NCBI GenBank assembly: GCA_046758365.1
Contig: JBHIAC010000100.1
Span: 1-12,144, forward strand
From: a bacterium
Lineage (GTDB): Bacteria > Zhuqueibacterota > Zhuqueibacteria > Oceanimicrobiales > Oceanimicrobiaceae
Length of the DNA: 12,144 bases
Reading direction: 5' to 3'
Shown: positions 1-8,290 of the stretch, piece after piece
Layout of the letters: the number at the start of each line of letters is the position of its first letter
How positions within the stretch are numbered: position 1 is the first letter of the stretch
Program-made: the position numbers and the translations under genes
The notes under the pieces: model-generated
Databases searched by the model: none
What the model saw: only the letters and a program-made list of their open reading frames with translations
What the model was told of the DNA's origin: nothing

Positions 1-55
1 GGACAAATGTCCTCTATTATTTCATGTTCAGGATGAATATCCAGAACAATCAGTG
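1..55. repeat. Right half of a dispersed palindromic (REPIN/MITE-like) element, truncated by the window edge
   Basis: 1-55 matches 10082-10136 at 54/55 nt; the only mismatch lies in the loop of the GGACA-NN-TGTCC mini-palindrome. Confidence 0.9.
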
Positions 56-150
56 GCCAAAATCAAGCAAAAAGTTGAGAAGTTTAAAAAATATTTTTAG
101 TGATTAGCAACCAGCTACTAAACCTATGCTTCTGCTGACAATCAACCCCA

Positions 151-190
151 TTAGGATCATTCAGTGTTCATAGATAAATCATTTCATGTT
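151..190. repeat. Degenerate, internally deleted remnant of the same palindromic element
   Basis: TTAGGATCATTCAG (151-164) is identical to 10005-10018, and ATTTCATGTT (181-190) matches the right-arm sequence (19-28; 10100-10109). Confidence 0.55.
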
Positions 191-265
191 AGTCATATGT
201 TCGCCCGCCTAACAAGTGAGTATACTAAACATTGACGTTGGTGTAAAAACAGGATAATTTCAACT

Positions 266-299
266 TTAAGGACGTAGGATTTCTATCCAACGTCCTTAA
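266..299. repeat. Strong hairpin downstream of the minus-strand radical SAM gene (terminator or REP-like)
   Basis: TTAAGGACGT-A-GGAT-ttct-ATCC-A-ACGTCCTTAA gives a 14-bp stem with one A.A mismatch, about 100 nt past the stop at 398. There is no clear U-tract on either strand. Confidence 0.6.
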
Positions 300-397
300 G
301 CAATTGTAATTTCAATATTTTCAACTATTGTGTGAAATGTAAACTGAGGAGCAATCTCAAAATCAATGAAAAGGCAGGCTTTTTGCTCCTACATCAT

Positions 398-2266
398 TTA
401 TGCCACGGCTATTGCTAAATCGTAAGCTCGTCGAATTTTTCCTAAATCATCGGTAAAATGCAAACCTATTTTGGTTAATATCTCCTGAAGTTCTTTAAAG
501 TCAATGTCTACAGGAATTTGAATGATTTTTGGGAAATTGTGCACCGTTGTTTTGATACTTTGAGATATGTTTTCCAAGTCTTCGTGTAATTTTGAATGCA
601 CTTTACCAAAGTCAGGAAATTTTGGTAGAATCACCAAATCCACTTTTCCTTTTAAATCTTCGAGGAACTCATAGACAATATTTGCAGGTTTAATGTTTTC
701 TAATTGGAAAGCTTTGGAATCCACAAAATCGCCTATATGCTTTTTGGCTTCAACAATTTTTACATCGATTCCTTTGAAGAATGTTTGAACCACTTCTTCC
801 AGTTTATGCCCGGTAATACTTAAATCAATTGCGATAGCTTTTTTCTTCTTGCCCAATTCCAGCCCAACCAACTCTTTTACTTTTTCATAAAGATTTTCTC
901 TTAGTTTCTCAATATAAGCGATATTCACAGGATCTTTTTTCCAGTTTTTAATTAAGCGATACCCCCGATAGCGGAGGATAGTCTCAAAAAAATCAAATTT
1001 GAGAATCCTTTTCCAAATACCGCGCAGGTTGTAAAATTTACCCATGGCTTTCATGGTTTCCAATTGCAGTTCGTAGGGTGTTATGTGCTTTGGAATGTGA
1101 ACAGCATGATGACCGTCATAAAGGCTCCAATCGTTGCTAAGAAGTTCACGTTTTCCGTTTTTATACTCAATATAATCCCGTGAACCTGGAATGGGAATCA
1201 GCATCATGAGCTGTGCCGTATCAATATTCCATTTTTTAATAAATTTGGTAGTGTCTTTAATGGTGTCCACAGTATCTTCATCGGAGCCCACAACAAACAT
1301 GCCGTGTATTTTTATTTTGTGATCGTGAAATGCAGTAATTGCATCTTTGATATTTTGTACTGTTTCTTTTTTATCAAATAAATTTAGGGTTTTTTGATTA
1401 ATTGATTCAAATCCAATATAGGCCCGGTCGCAGTTTGAGGCCCGCATGAGTTCTAAAAGCTCATTATCTCTTGCGGCTTCGTGTCGAAATTGAGCCCCCC
1501 AAAGCGGGGTAATATCTCGATCAATCATGCCTTGTAAAATTTGTTTGGTTCGTTTCCTATTATAATTAAAAATATCATCTGCAAAAAATAGGTATTTAAC
1601 CTTAAATCGATTCAAGTGATATTCAATTTCATCCAGCACCCGGTCTACGGATTTTGCACGGACATTCTTACCATTAAACGTGGTTACCGAACAGAAAGAA
1701 CAATCAAAAGGACAACCCCGGGCTGTGCTCACTGAAACCACTCGTCCTGTAAAATTTCCTTCAATCATAGAAAATTCCGGGTAAGGCAATTCATTCAGGT
1801 TTGTGGGCAAGGGCCCCGCAGGGTTATGAACTTTTTGACCATCTACCCAGTATGAAAGGCCATTAATTTTGCTTAAATCACCCCCGTCTTCCAAAAAGTG
1901 TACCAGTTGTTCAAAAGTAAATTCGGCTTCGTATCTGAGAACGTAGTCGCAGTAGTCCAAGGCCTCCTCTGGTTCAAAAGTTACATGGGTACCGCCAATA
2001 ACTACTGGAATTCCTGCTTCTCTGGCAATTTTAGCAATCCTATAAGAGCGTGGGGCTGTGGATGTTAAAGCAGAAATTCCAACTAAATCTGCTTCCAACA
2101 TTTCACCAATATCGACTTCTTGAATATCTTCCACGTAAACTTTGACCTCATATCCTTTATTTTTCATGATGGTTCCTAACAGTACCGAGCCAATTCTTGG
2201 TATAGGCACGTCGCTGTAAACATGAAGATGGGATGATTTAGTCTCGATTAGAACTATCTTTTTCAT
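398..2266 (-). CDS. Cobalamin (B12)-binding radical SAM protein with a C-terminal DUF2229-like (acyl-CoA dehydratase activase-related) domain
   Basis: N-terminal B12-binding fold motifs (ADLVGIS, VVIGGTHVT, YEAE) and RGCPFDCSFC (CxxxCxxC), FADDIF, IGFES, GMFVVGSDEDT and PIPGS. There is a ~150-aa C-terminal extension and a GAAAGG RBS upstream. Confidence 0.9.
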   Translation of the reverse strand: MKKIVLIETKSSHLHVYSDVPIPRIGSVLLGTIMKNKGYEVKVYVEDIQEVDIGEMLEADLVGISALTSTAPRSYRIAKIAREAGIPVVIGGTHVTFEPEEALDYCDYVLRYEAEFTFEQLVHFLEDGGDLSKINGLSYWVDGQKVHNPAGPLPTNLNELPYPEFSMIEGNFTGRVVSVSTARGCPFDCSFCSVTTFNGKNVRAKSVDRVLDEIEYHLNRFKVKYLFFADDIFNYNRKRTKQILQGMIDRDITPLWGAQFRHEAARDNELLELMRASNCDRAYIGFESINQKTLNLFDKKETVQNIKDAITAFHDHKIKIHGMFVVGSDEDTVDTIKDTTKFIKKWNIDTAQLMMLIPIPGSRDYIEYKNGKRELLSNDWSLYDGHHAVHIPKHITPYELQLETMKAMGKFYNLRGIWKRILKFDFFETILRYRGYRLIKNWKKDPVNIAYIEKLRENLYEKVKELVGLELGKKKKAIAIDLSITGHKLEEVVQTFFKGIDVKIVEAKKHIGDFVDSKAFQLENIKPANIVYEFLEDLKGKVDLVILPKFPDFGKVHSKLHEDLENISQSIKTTVHNFPKIIQIPVDIDFKELQEILTKIGLHFTDDLGKIRRAYDLAIAVA

Positions 2267-2376
2267 GCTGTGCGCCTTTCTTTTAGAATTTTAAATGATT
2301 AGCCATCGGGAGGTTAAGCTGAAGTTTATTTTTCGGGGGTGATTAGTCTAGCTTATTTTCCCGAGAGTTGAAAATT

Positions 2377-2405
2377 ATATTATTAAAATAAATTCTTAAT
2401 GTCAA
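2377..2405 (-). promoter_or_regulatory. Sigma70-type promoter for the B12 radical SAM gene
   Basis: Minus-strand TTGACA (2405-2400), 17-nt spacer, TAATAT (2382-2377). Confidence 0.6.
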
Positions 2406-2443
2406 GAAAATAATTCAATAAAAGTAATACCCTTCGTTTTTTC

Positions 2444-2472
2444 TTGACATTTCAAAGTAAGTTTACTATCTT
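2444..2472 (+). promoter_or_regulatory. Sigma70-type promoter P1 (distal) for the plus-strand operon
   Basis: TTGACA (2444-2449), 17-nt spacer, TATCTT (2467-2472). Confidence 0.55.
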
Positions 2473-2590
2473 TAACGTTAATATTTCCATTGAATAATTT
2501 CGACAATTTCATAAAGAGACAATAATTTTGAACAGAGCAAATTTACTAGTATTATGGAATTATATTTTTATTTATAGTTCAAGGGAAGTC

Positions 2591-2619
2591 TTGACATACA
2601 GAAAAAGTTTTCGTATATT
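2591..2619 (+). promoter_or_regulatory. Sigma70-type promoter P2 (proximal) for the plus-strand operon
   Basis: TTGACA (2591-2596), 17-nt spacer, TATATT (2614-2619). Confidence 0.7.
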
Positions 2620-2748
2620 GACGCCTTGAATTTAAATCTAGGCAAAATGGAACAAAAACAAATTAGGAGGTGTTATAAAACATCTGAAGGGATTCAAAGC
2701 GTTTAAGAAATTTGGTAATTAAACATAAACTAGGAGTGGAGGAACAAT

Positions 2749-4347
2749 ATGGAATTGAATCTGCGAGAAGATACTACCTTACCTACCTGCCTTCCCGAAA
2801 CAAATTCCTCTTCCATCAAAAAGGGTCTTATCGAGGATGAAACTTCGATAACCAAAGCGGTCATTATTGCAGCGGGAAATGGGAGTCGATTACAAGGCTA
2901 TCAAAATGGTATCCCCAAACCGCTGGTAAAAGTGGGAGGAGTGCCACTACTTAAACGAGTAATTCTTACTGCAAAGAAAAATGGCGTCTCCGAGTTTGTA
3001 ATTGTTTTAGGTTATCAGGCTGCTCGGATTCGTAAGTCCATAAATGCGCAGAAGTTAGGAGTTAAGATCACTTGGGTGCGAAATTTGGACTGGTGTAAAC
3101 CCAATGGCATTTCAGTATTAAAGGCTGAAAAATTTGTTGATGGGAATTTTTTCCTGTTTATGTCAGACCACGTTTTTGACCCGAATATTCTTAAAAAGCT
3201 GAAGAAAGTTCACCTTGGAAAAGATAGTGGACTTCTTTGTGTGGATTATCAGTTAAACAGAATCCCAAATCTCGATGATGCAACTAAAGTATGGACAGAA
3301 AACAATCAACTATTTGATTTGGGTAAAAGTCTTACGGATTTTAATGCTATCGATGTTGGTATTTTTGTCTGCACCCCACAATTATTTGACGCATTGAGAC
3401 AAAGTCAGATGAATGGCGACTATTCTTTATCAGGGGGTATTCGAGTGTTGGCACAAGAAGGTCGAATGTGCACTTTAGACATTGGTGATCACTTTTGGCT
3501 GGATGTAGATACGAAACCTGATATTAGGCATGCAGAACGAATTTTACTTCAATCCACGCGCTCAAATACAGATGGCATTGTTGCTAAATCGATTAATAGA
3601 AAAATTTCAAATGAGATTACCAAATGGATAATCAAAACCCCAATCACACCTAATCTAATATCAATTTTTAATTTATGCTTTGCAGCCTTTATCGGTTGGC
3701 TGGTGTCGTTTGGTAAACCATCCTATACTATTTTAGGTGGAATATTATTTCAATTTGCGTCCATTTTTGATGGCTGTGATGGTGAAGTCGCCCAAATTAA
3801 ATTAAAAGACTCAAAATTAGGAGCGTTTGTTGATACCCTTACAGATCATTTATCCTATTTTTTCTTTATTATAGGAGTCATGGTTGGAGCATATAGAAAT
3901 ATTAATGATCCCATTGTTTTTTATATAACAGGGGCCAGTCTGATTTACTTAATTATTGCTTTGAAGATTGGTCTGCTTTATTTAAACAAAGAAGGATCTG
4001 GCAGCCTTCGGGATTTAGATCAAGATATAGCGGCCTTGAATAACTCCAAACAAAATGTTTGGTATTTGAAATTTTTTGGCATTGTTCACCACCTCGGTCG
4101 AAGAGATTTATTTTCTTTCAGTGGATTTCTTATCATGCTTTGGGGAAATATCACGATATTCTACTGGGGTTTGATGGGAGCAGTAAATTTAATGAGCACT
4201 GGAATATCTTTTTCAGCAGCGGCCATGCTTTCTCAACGTCACCGCATTAACATATTTAATCCCATTAAAAAATTAATTTCACCAATCACTAACTGGTTTA
4301 GTAGTCCAGAAATTGAATTACAACCTGAAAAAGAACTTACCGAGTAA
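2749..4347 (+). CDS. Bifunctional nucleotidyltransferase / CDP-alcohol phosphotransferase (IPCT/DIPPS-like)
   Basis: N-terminal NTP-transferase motifs (AVIIAAGNGSRL..PKPL, NGISVL, MSDH, DDATKV, IDVGIF, WLDVDT). C-terminal membrane domain with ITPNLIS and DGCDGEVAQ..SKLGAFVDTLTD (CDP-alcohol phosphotransferase signature). GGAGGA RBS. Confidence 0.9.
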   Translation: MELNLREDTTLPTCLPETNSSSIKKGLIEDETSITKAVIIAAGNGSRLQGYQNGIPKPLVKVGGVPLLKRVILTAKKNGVSEFVIVLGYQAARIRKSINAQKLGVKITWVRNLDWCKPNGISVLKAEKFVDGNFFLFMSDHVFDPNILKKLKKVHLGKDSGLLCVDYQLNRIPNLDDATKVWTENNQLFDLGKSLTDFNAIDVGIFVCTPQLFDALRQSQMNGDYSLSGGIRVLAQEGRMCTLDIGDHFWLDVDTKPDIRHAERILLQSTRSNTDGIVAKSINRKISNEITKWIIKTPITPNLISIFNLCFAAFIGWLVSFGKPSYTILGGILFQFASIFDGCDGEVAQIKLKDSKLGAFVDTLTDHLSYFFFIIGVMVGAYRNINDPIVFYITGASLIYLIIALKIGLLYLNKEGSGSLRDLDQDIAALNNSKQNVWYLKFFGIVHHLGRRDLFSFSGFLIMLWGNITIFYWGLMGAVNLMSTGISFSAAAMLSQRHRINIFNPIKKLISPITNWFSSPEIELQPEKELTE

Positions 4348-4370
4348 AGAAAAGAATTGTATTTAAGAAA

Positions 4371-5372
4371 TTGTTAGTAGATACTTCTTACACTTTTTCA
4401 TTTAGCAATCTTATTAAGCGATTAAAACGAAAATTAATTCCTGTGGGTCCCGCTTCGGCATCGGTGCCTTTGATGGAATTTATCAAATATTACTCTTTTA
4501 CTCATTTTACTCCCAAGTTTCCTCAGATAATACAGGTTCAAACCCAATATGGCTGCAATGCACGATGTGTGTTTTGCCCTATGGGAAGAGAAGAAAATCA
4601 AATAATAGGCCGAATGGATGACGCCACCTTTGCACGGATTGTTGATGAGGCTTTAACAAATAATGTGAAAGTATTGAGTCCTTATCTCCAAAATGACCCC
4701 CTGGTTGACAGAAAGATTCATGAAAGAGTGGCAATTATTCGAGAACGAAGGGGCAAAAAACCTTGGCCAAAAACCAAATTAATCACTAACGGTGGATTAT
4801 TAACAGAAGAAAAAGCCTATAATTTAATAAAGGCTGGTTTGGAATACATTGTTTTTAGTGTCCATGGGGTTGATAAAACTATTTATGATAATATTATGCA
4901 AGGGCCAAAATTCGAAACTACGATTACGAATATCAAACGCTTTGTGCAGATACAGGAGGAACTAGGTGCGAAAAATCCCCGTATAGAAGTTTGGGCTGTC
5001 TGTACAAAAGACGTCGAGCTGCAATTGAAGGAAACCCAAGAATTTTGGAAATCTAGAAATATTAAATTTAAAGCCAGGCAATTAGACAATCGTGCCAATC
5101 CTGAAATCGTGGATACCTATGAGATGGCCCCCGAAGACACGGAATGGAAATATGCTTATTACTGTACCATTCCTTTTTGGCGGGCCTGGATTTTGTGGAA
5201 TGGAGATATAGTACTTTGTTGTGTAGATTGGGAGCGTACCACAATATTTGGTAACATTCATCAGCAATCTATAAAAGAAATTTGGAATTCCGAGGCTTAC
5301 AAGCAGCATCGTCAACGTATGATCAATCGTGATGTAGCAGAGACATTATGTGAAAATTGCCAAGGAACTTAA
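4371..5372 (+). CDS. Radical SAM protein with C-terminal SPASM/Twitch auxiliary Fe-S domain
   Basis: CNARCVFC (CxxxCxxC), NDPL, ITNG and FSVHG; C-terminal CTIPF..WNGDIVLCCVD..GNI...SIKEIWNS...CENC. The start is uncertain (TTG 4371 or ATG 4473). Confidence 0.88.
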   Translation: MLVDTSYTFSFSNLIKRLKRKLIPVGPASASVPLMEFIKYYSFTHFTPKFPQIIQVQTQYGCNARCVFCPMGREENQIIGRMDDATFARIVDEALTNNVKVLSPYLQNDPLVDRKIHERVAIIRERRGKKPWPKTKLITNGGLLTEEKAYNLIKAGLEYIVFSVHGVDKTIYDNIMQGPKFETTITNIKRFVQIQEELGAKNPRIEVWAVCTKDVELQLKETQEFWKSRNIKFKARQLDNRANPEIVDTYEMAPEDTEWKYAYYCTIPFWRAWILWNGDIVLCCVDWERTTIFGNIHQQSIKEIWNSEAYKQHRQRMINRDVAETLCENCQGT

Positions 5373-5586
5373 TGGTTTATTTATATTCTTTCCCACAAAG
5401 TGAATTCTACTTTTTTATCAGCCCTCTTCCTTTTGATTTCTCATTTGAATAAAAAGAAATAATATTGTGCACTTGGATATGGTTGATTAACAAGGAACAA
5501 TATTAATGGAATAAATGTTCATTTATTAATGAAATAACAGATGAATTGATTTTAGCTTTGGATTTTATTATTAGGAGTAATCTATT

Positions 5587-6870
5587 TTGCATCACAAAAT
5601 TGAATTGACAAAATCATCGCGTGTTTTTAGAAGATTTTTAATTGCAGTTTGCCTATTTTTTATTATTTTAATTGATTTAAGTGCAACCTATTGCTTGGCA
5701 GTTGAGAATGACGAGCTAACTCCAAAAGAGACCATTGATTATCATTACAATGTATTAAAGAGTATTTATAATGAAAGCTCATATTTTGAAGAAAGCGCAT
5801 TAGAAAAGCAAGTCTTGCTGATGGTTGAAAGGTTGTTCGATGTTTCCAAATTTGCAACGATGGTTTTGGGAAATCAATGGTCTAAGCTTAACTACTATGA
5901 ACAAAACCGATTCGTTGAAGCTTTAACAATTTCTCTTCAACAAAAGCTGCTGAAACAAATCTATAAATACAGCAGTAAAGGCCTCCCAGAGCTAATTCTT
6001 ATCTCGCAAGATACTAAAAAGAATTTTTCTAAATTAAAATACTTGGTTTCAGGAAATAAGGGACGAAAGGAATTTAATGTTTACATGTTAAAATCCTCTG
6101 ATGGACTCTGGAAAATCAGTAATATGAATATTGGTAAGAAAAATCTTATTCGTGAATATTATAGCCTGTGCGAAAAATTGATAGATAAATACTCTATTGC
6201 TTACTTAGAAGCGGAGCTAACAGGAAGAGGGTATGTAATATTAGAAGACTTTGAAGCAGATGAGATTGGAAAACTTCCAAAAGAGTGGAGTTGGAGAAAG
6301 TCAGATGCTAAGAAAAATAAGCCTTATAGAATAAAAGAAGAAAATGGAAATAAATTTTTAGCTGCAGAGGATAATGGAGAATCGGTTATATTGGCCAAGG
6401 ATTTGAGATGGAAATTAAAAAAATATCCGTACATTTCATTCAAGTGGCGGGCACGAAGCCTTCCGGAAAGGGGCGATGAACGATTTGGCAATACAGTGGA
6501 TAGTGCTGCAGGAATATATATTGTGTATAAAAGAAAGTTGGGGCTTATCCCAGAGTCTGTTAAATATGTTTGGAGTACGACTTTACCAGTGGGTTCTGCC
6601 ATGCGGCGGAGTGGAACCGGTAAACCTTGGATGATAGTAGCCGAAAGTGGAGAAAAGCATTTAGGGGAATGGCAAACCTTTGTGTTTAACGCTCACGAAG
6701 CCTACAAAAAGACTTTTGGTGGGAATCCTCCCGAAACAGTTCTCGGAATTGCTATTTTATCGGATGCCAACTCTACACATTCTAAAGCTTATGCAGATTA
6801 CGATGATATACGAGCTTTACAAATAGCTGATGCAGATTCTGGTATAAATGAATTTTTAGAAGCTGAATAG
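5587..6870 (+). CDS. Exported fusion protein: MlaC/Ttg2D-like lipid-binding domain plus DUF3047 domain
   Basis: AGGAG RBS 9 nt before TTG and a hydrophobic N-terminal signal or anchor. MlaC-like motifs FDVSKFATMVLGNQW..EQNRFVEAL and WKISNMNI; DUF3047-like motifs YPYISFKWR, DSAAGIY, KYVWS..LPVG, AESG...GEW and GIAILSDANST...ADYDDI. Confidence 0.75.
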   Translation: MHHKIELTKSSRVFRRFLIAVCLFFIILIDLSATYCLAVENDELTPKETIDYHYNVLKSIYNESSYFEESALEKQVLLMVERLFDVSKFATMVLGNQWSKLNYYEQNRFVEALTISLQQKLLKQIYKYSSKGLPELILISQDTKKNFSKLKYLVSGNKGRKEFNVYMLKSSDGLWKISNMNIGKKNLIREYYSLCEKLIDKYSIAYLEAELTGRGYVILEDFEADEIGKLPKEWSWRKSDAKKNKPYRIKEENGNKFLAAEDNGESVILAKDLRWKLKKYPYISFKWRARSLPERGDERFGNTVDSAAGIYIVYKRKLGLIPESVKYVWSTTLPVGSAMRRSGTGKPWMIVAESGEKHLGEWQTFVFNAHEAYKKTFGGNPPETVLGIAILSDANSTHSKAYADYDDIRALQIADADSGINEFLEAE

Positions 6871-6887
6871 AGAAAGGATCGCCACGG

Positions 6888-8267
6888 ATGACAAATCGGT
6901 TTTTAGCTCTGATTTTAATATTTGTGAATTGCTCTTTTCCGAATATCTTTGGTCAAGATAGAAAAAAGTTAATCTTAAATTTGGCAGAATGTGAAGCATT
7001 GGCCTTTAAAAATAATTTATCCATTCAAAGTTCTGAACTTAGTGTAAAAGCTTCTAAAGCTAAGTTAGCTCAAGCCTACCACGCTAAAATACTCCCTAAG
7101 TTCGAAGTGAAAAATATTTGGGGACCTATTCCTCGTGCGCGCGGCATCGTTGATCCGAAAACAGGATTCGTAACCTCGCCGGACACCTCAACCAGCATAC
7201 CCGGAGATTTAAGGTATTTTACCCAACTTGATTTGGACTTGATTCAGCCAATTTTTACGTTTGGTAAATTAAGCGGATTAACAAATGCCGCATACTTTGG
7301 AGTACAAGCCGATCAGGCAAAATTAGAAGGAACTCAAGAGAGCGTGCGATTTCAGGTGAGGCAACTGTATTGGGCTATCGTTTTTGGTAAAGAACTTCTG
7401 ACCGTAATTCAAGATGCTGAAAACGAGTTGAAGAAAGCAGAAAACAAAGTCCAGGAAAAGTTAGATGAGGGCTCTGAAGATGTAACACAAACCGATTTAT
7501 TTAAACTTCAAATTTTCAGATATGAAATAAATAAAAGACTTCGGCAAGCTTTGGACAAAATTGAATTGACCAAATCGGCCCTAAAGTCAACACTTGGTCT
7601 GTCAGAGGACGTTTCTATAGAGATTGCCACTGAGTATCTGGATGCTTTAGAAGTCAAATTAGATAGCCTCCCTGTTTATGCTGAAATGGCGATTCAGAAT
7701 CGGGCTGAACTTGCCCAGCTCAGAGCAGGCATTAATGCTCGAAGAGCCTTAATTAGGGTGTCCAAAAGTGAATACTATCCCCAATTCTTTTTTGGAGGGC
7801 AGATGAAATACAATTTCGCCAAAGACCGATTTGACCCAAATAATCCTTTTATTTACAATCCTACTAACTACTTTCGTCCGGGATTTGTCGTTGGATTAAA
7901 TTTAAATCTGAATTTTCTTCAAACTCGGGATAAAGTCAGAGTGGCTCAATCAGAATATCTTTTATTAGCTCAGAAAGAAAATCTGCTAATAGATGGAATC
8001 AAATTGGATGTTCAAAAAGCTTTCTTAGAATTGCAGCAAGCAGAGAAAAATATGCGAGAAAGCCGTAGAGCCCTAAAAGCTAGCAACAATTGGCTTCGGT
8101 CCGCTACCATGACCTTCGATATTGGTGTGGGTGAAATAAATGATTTGATAGACGCTTTTAAAGCCAACGGCACCATGCAGGCAGAATATTTTCAAAATAT
8201 TTTTAATTATAATGTGGCATTAGCCAAATTGAGTAAAGCCATTGGGCGCGACCTTTATACCAATTAA
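6888..8267 (+). CDS. TolC-family outer membrane efflux channel protein
   Basis: Signal peptide, two OEP-type repeats (LNLAECEALAFKNN, QPIFTFGKL, VRQLYW, AIQNRAEL, SEYYPQF, DVQKAF, YNVALAKLSKAIG), 459 aa, and a GAAAGGA RBS. Confidence 0.9.
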   Translation: MTNRFLALILIFVNCSFPNIFGQDRKKLILNLAECEALAFKNNLSIQSSELSVKASKAKLAQAYHAKILPKFEVKNIWGPIPRARGIVDPKTGFVTSPDTSTSIPGDLRYFTQLDLDLIQPIFTFGKLSGLTNAAYFGVQADQAKLEGTQESVRFQVRQLYWAIVFGKELLTVIQDAENELKKAENKVQEKLDEGSEDVTQTDLFKLQIFRYEINKRLRQALDKIELTKSALKSTLGLSEDVSIEIATEYLDALEVKLDSLPVYAEMAIQNRAELAQLRAGINARRALIRVSKSEYYPQFFFGGQMKYNFAKDRFDPNNPFIYNPTNYFRPGFVVGLNLNLNFLQTRDKVRVAQSEYLLLAQKENLLIDGIKLDVQKAFLELQQAEKNMRESRRALKASNNWLRSATMTFDIGVGEINDLIDAFKANGTMQAEYFQNIFNYNVALAKLSKAIGRDLYTN

Positions 8268-8290
8268 ATTCACTGGGGAGAAGGATAAAT

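Noticed and set aside
2..100. Open frame DKCPLLFHVQDEYPEQSV...YF* that could be the end of an upstream gene
   Set aside because: The first half is the palindromic repeat itself; the same peptide appears in ORF 10026-10280 only because the DNA is repeated.
207..245. GCCTAAC resembling an integron attC R'' box (also GTTAGGA at 10004)
   Set aside because: There is no matching GTTRRRY at a suitable distance or order, no cassette array and no integrase.
347..390. AGGAGCAA/TTGCTCCT inverted repeat just after the radical SAM stop
   Set aside because: Only 8 bp with a 28-nt loop, too weak to call a terminator.
4371..5586. RiPP system (SPASM enzyme plus precursor peptide)
   Set aside because: There is no RRE/PqqD-like domain, peptidase or convincing precursor ORF; the 214-nt gap after the gene has no supported small ORF.
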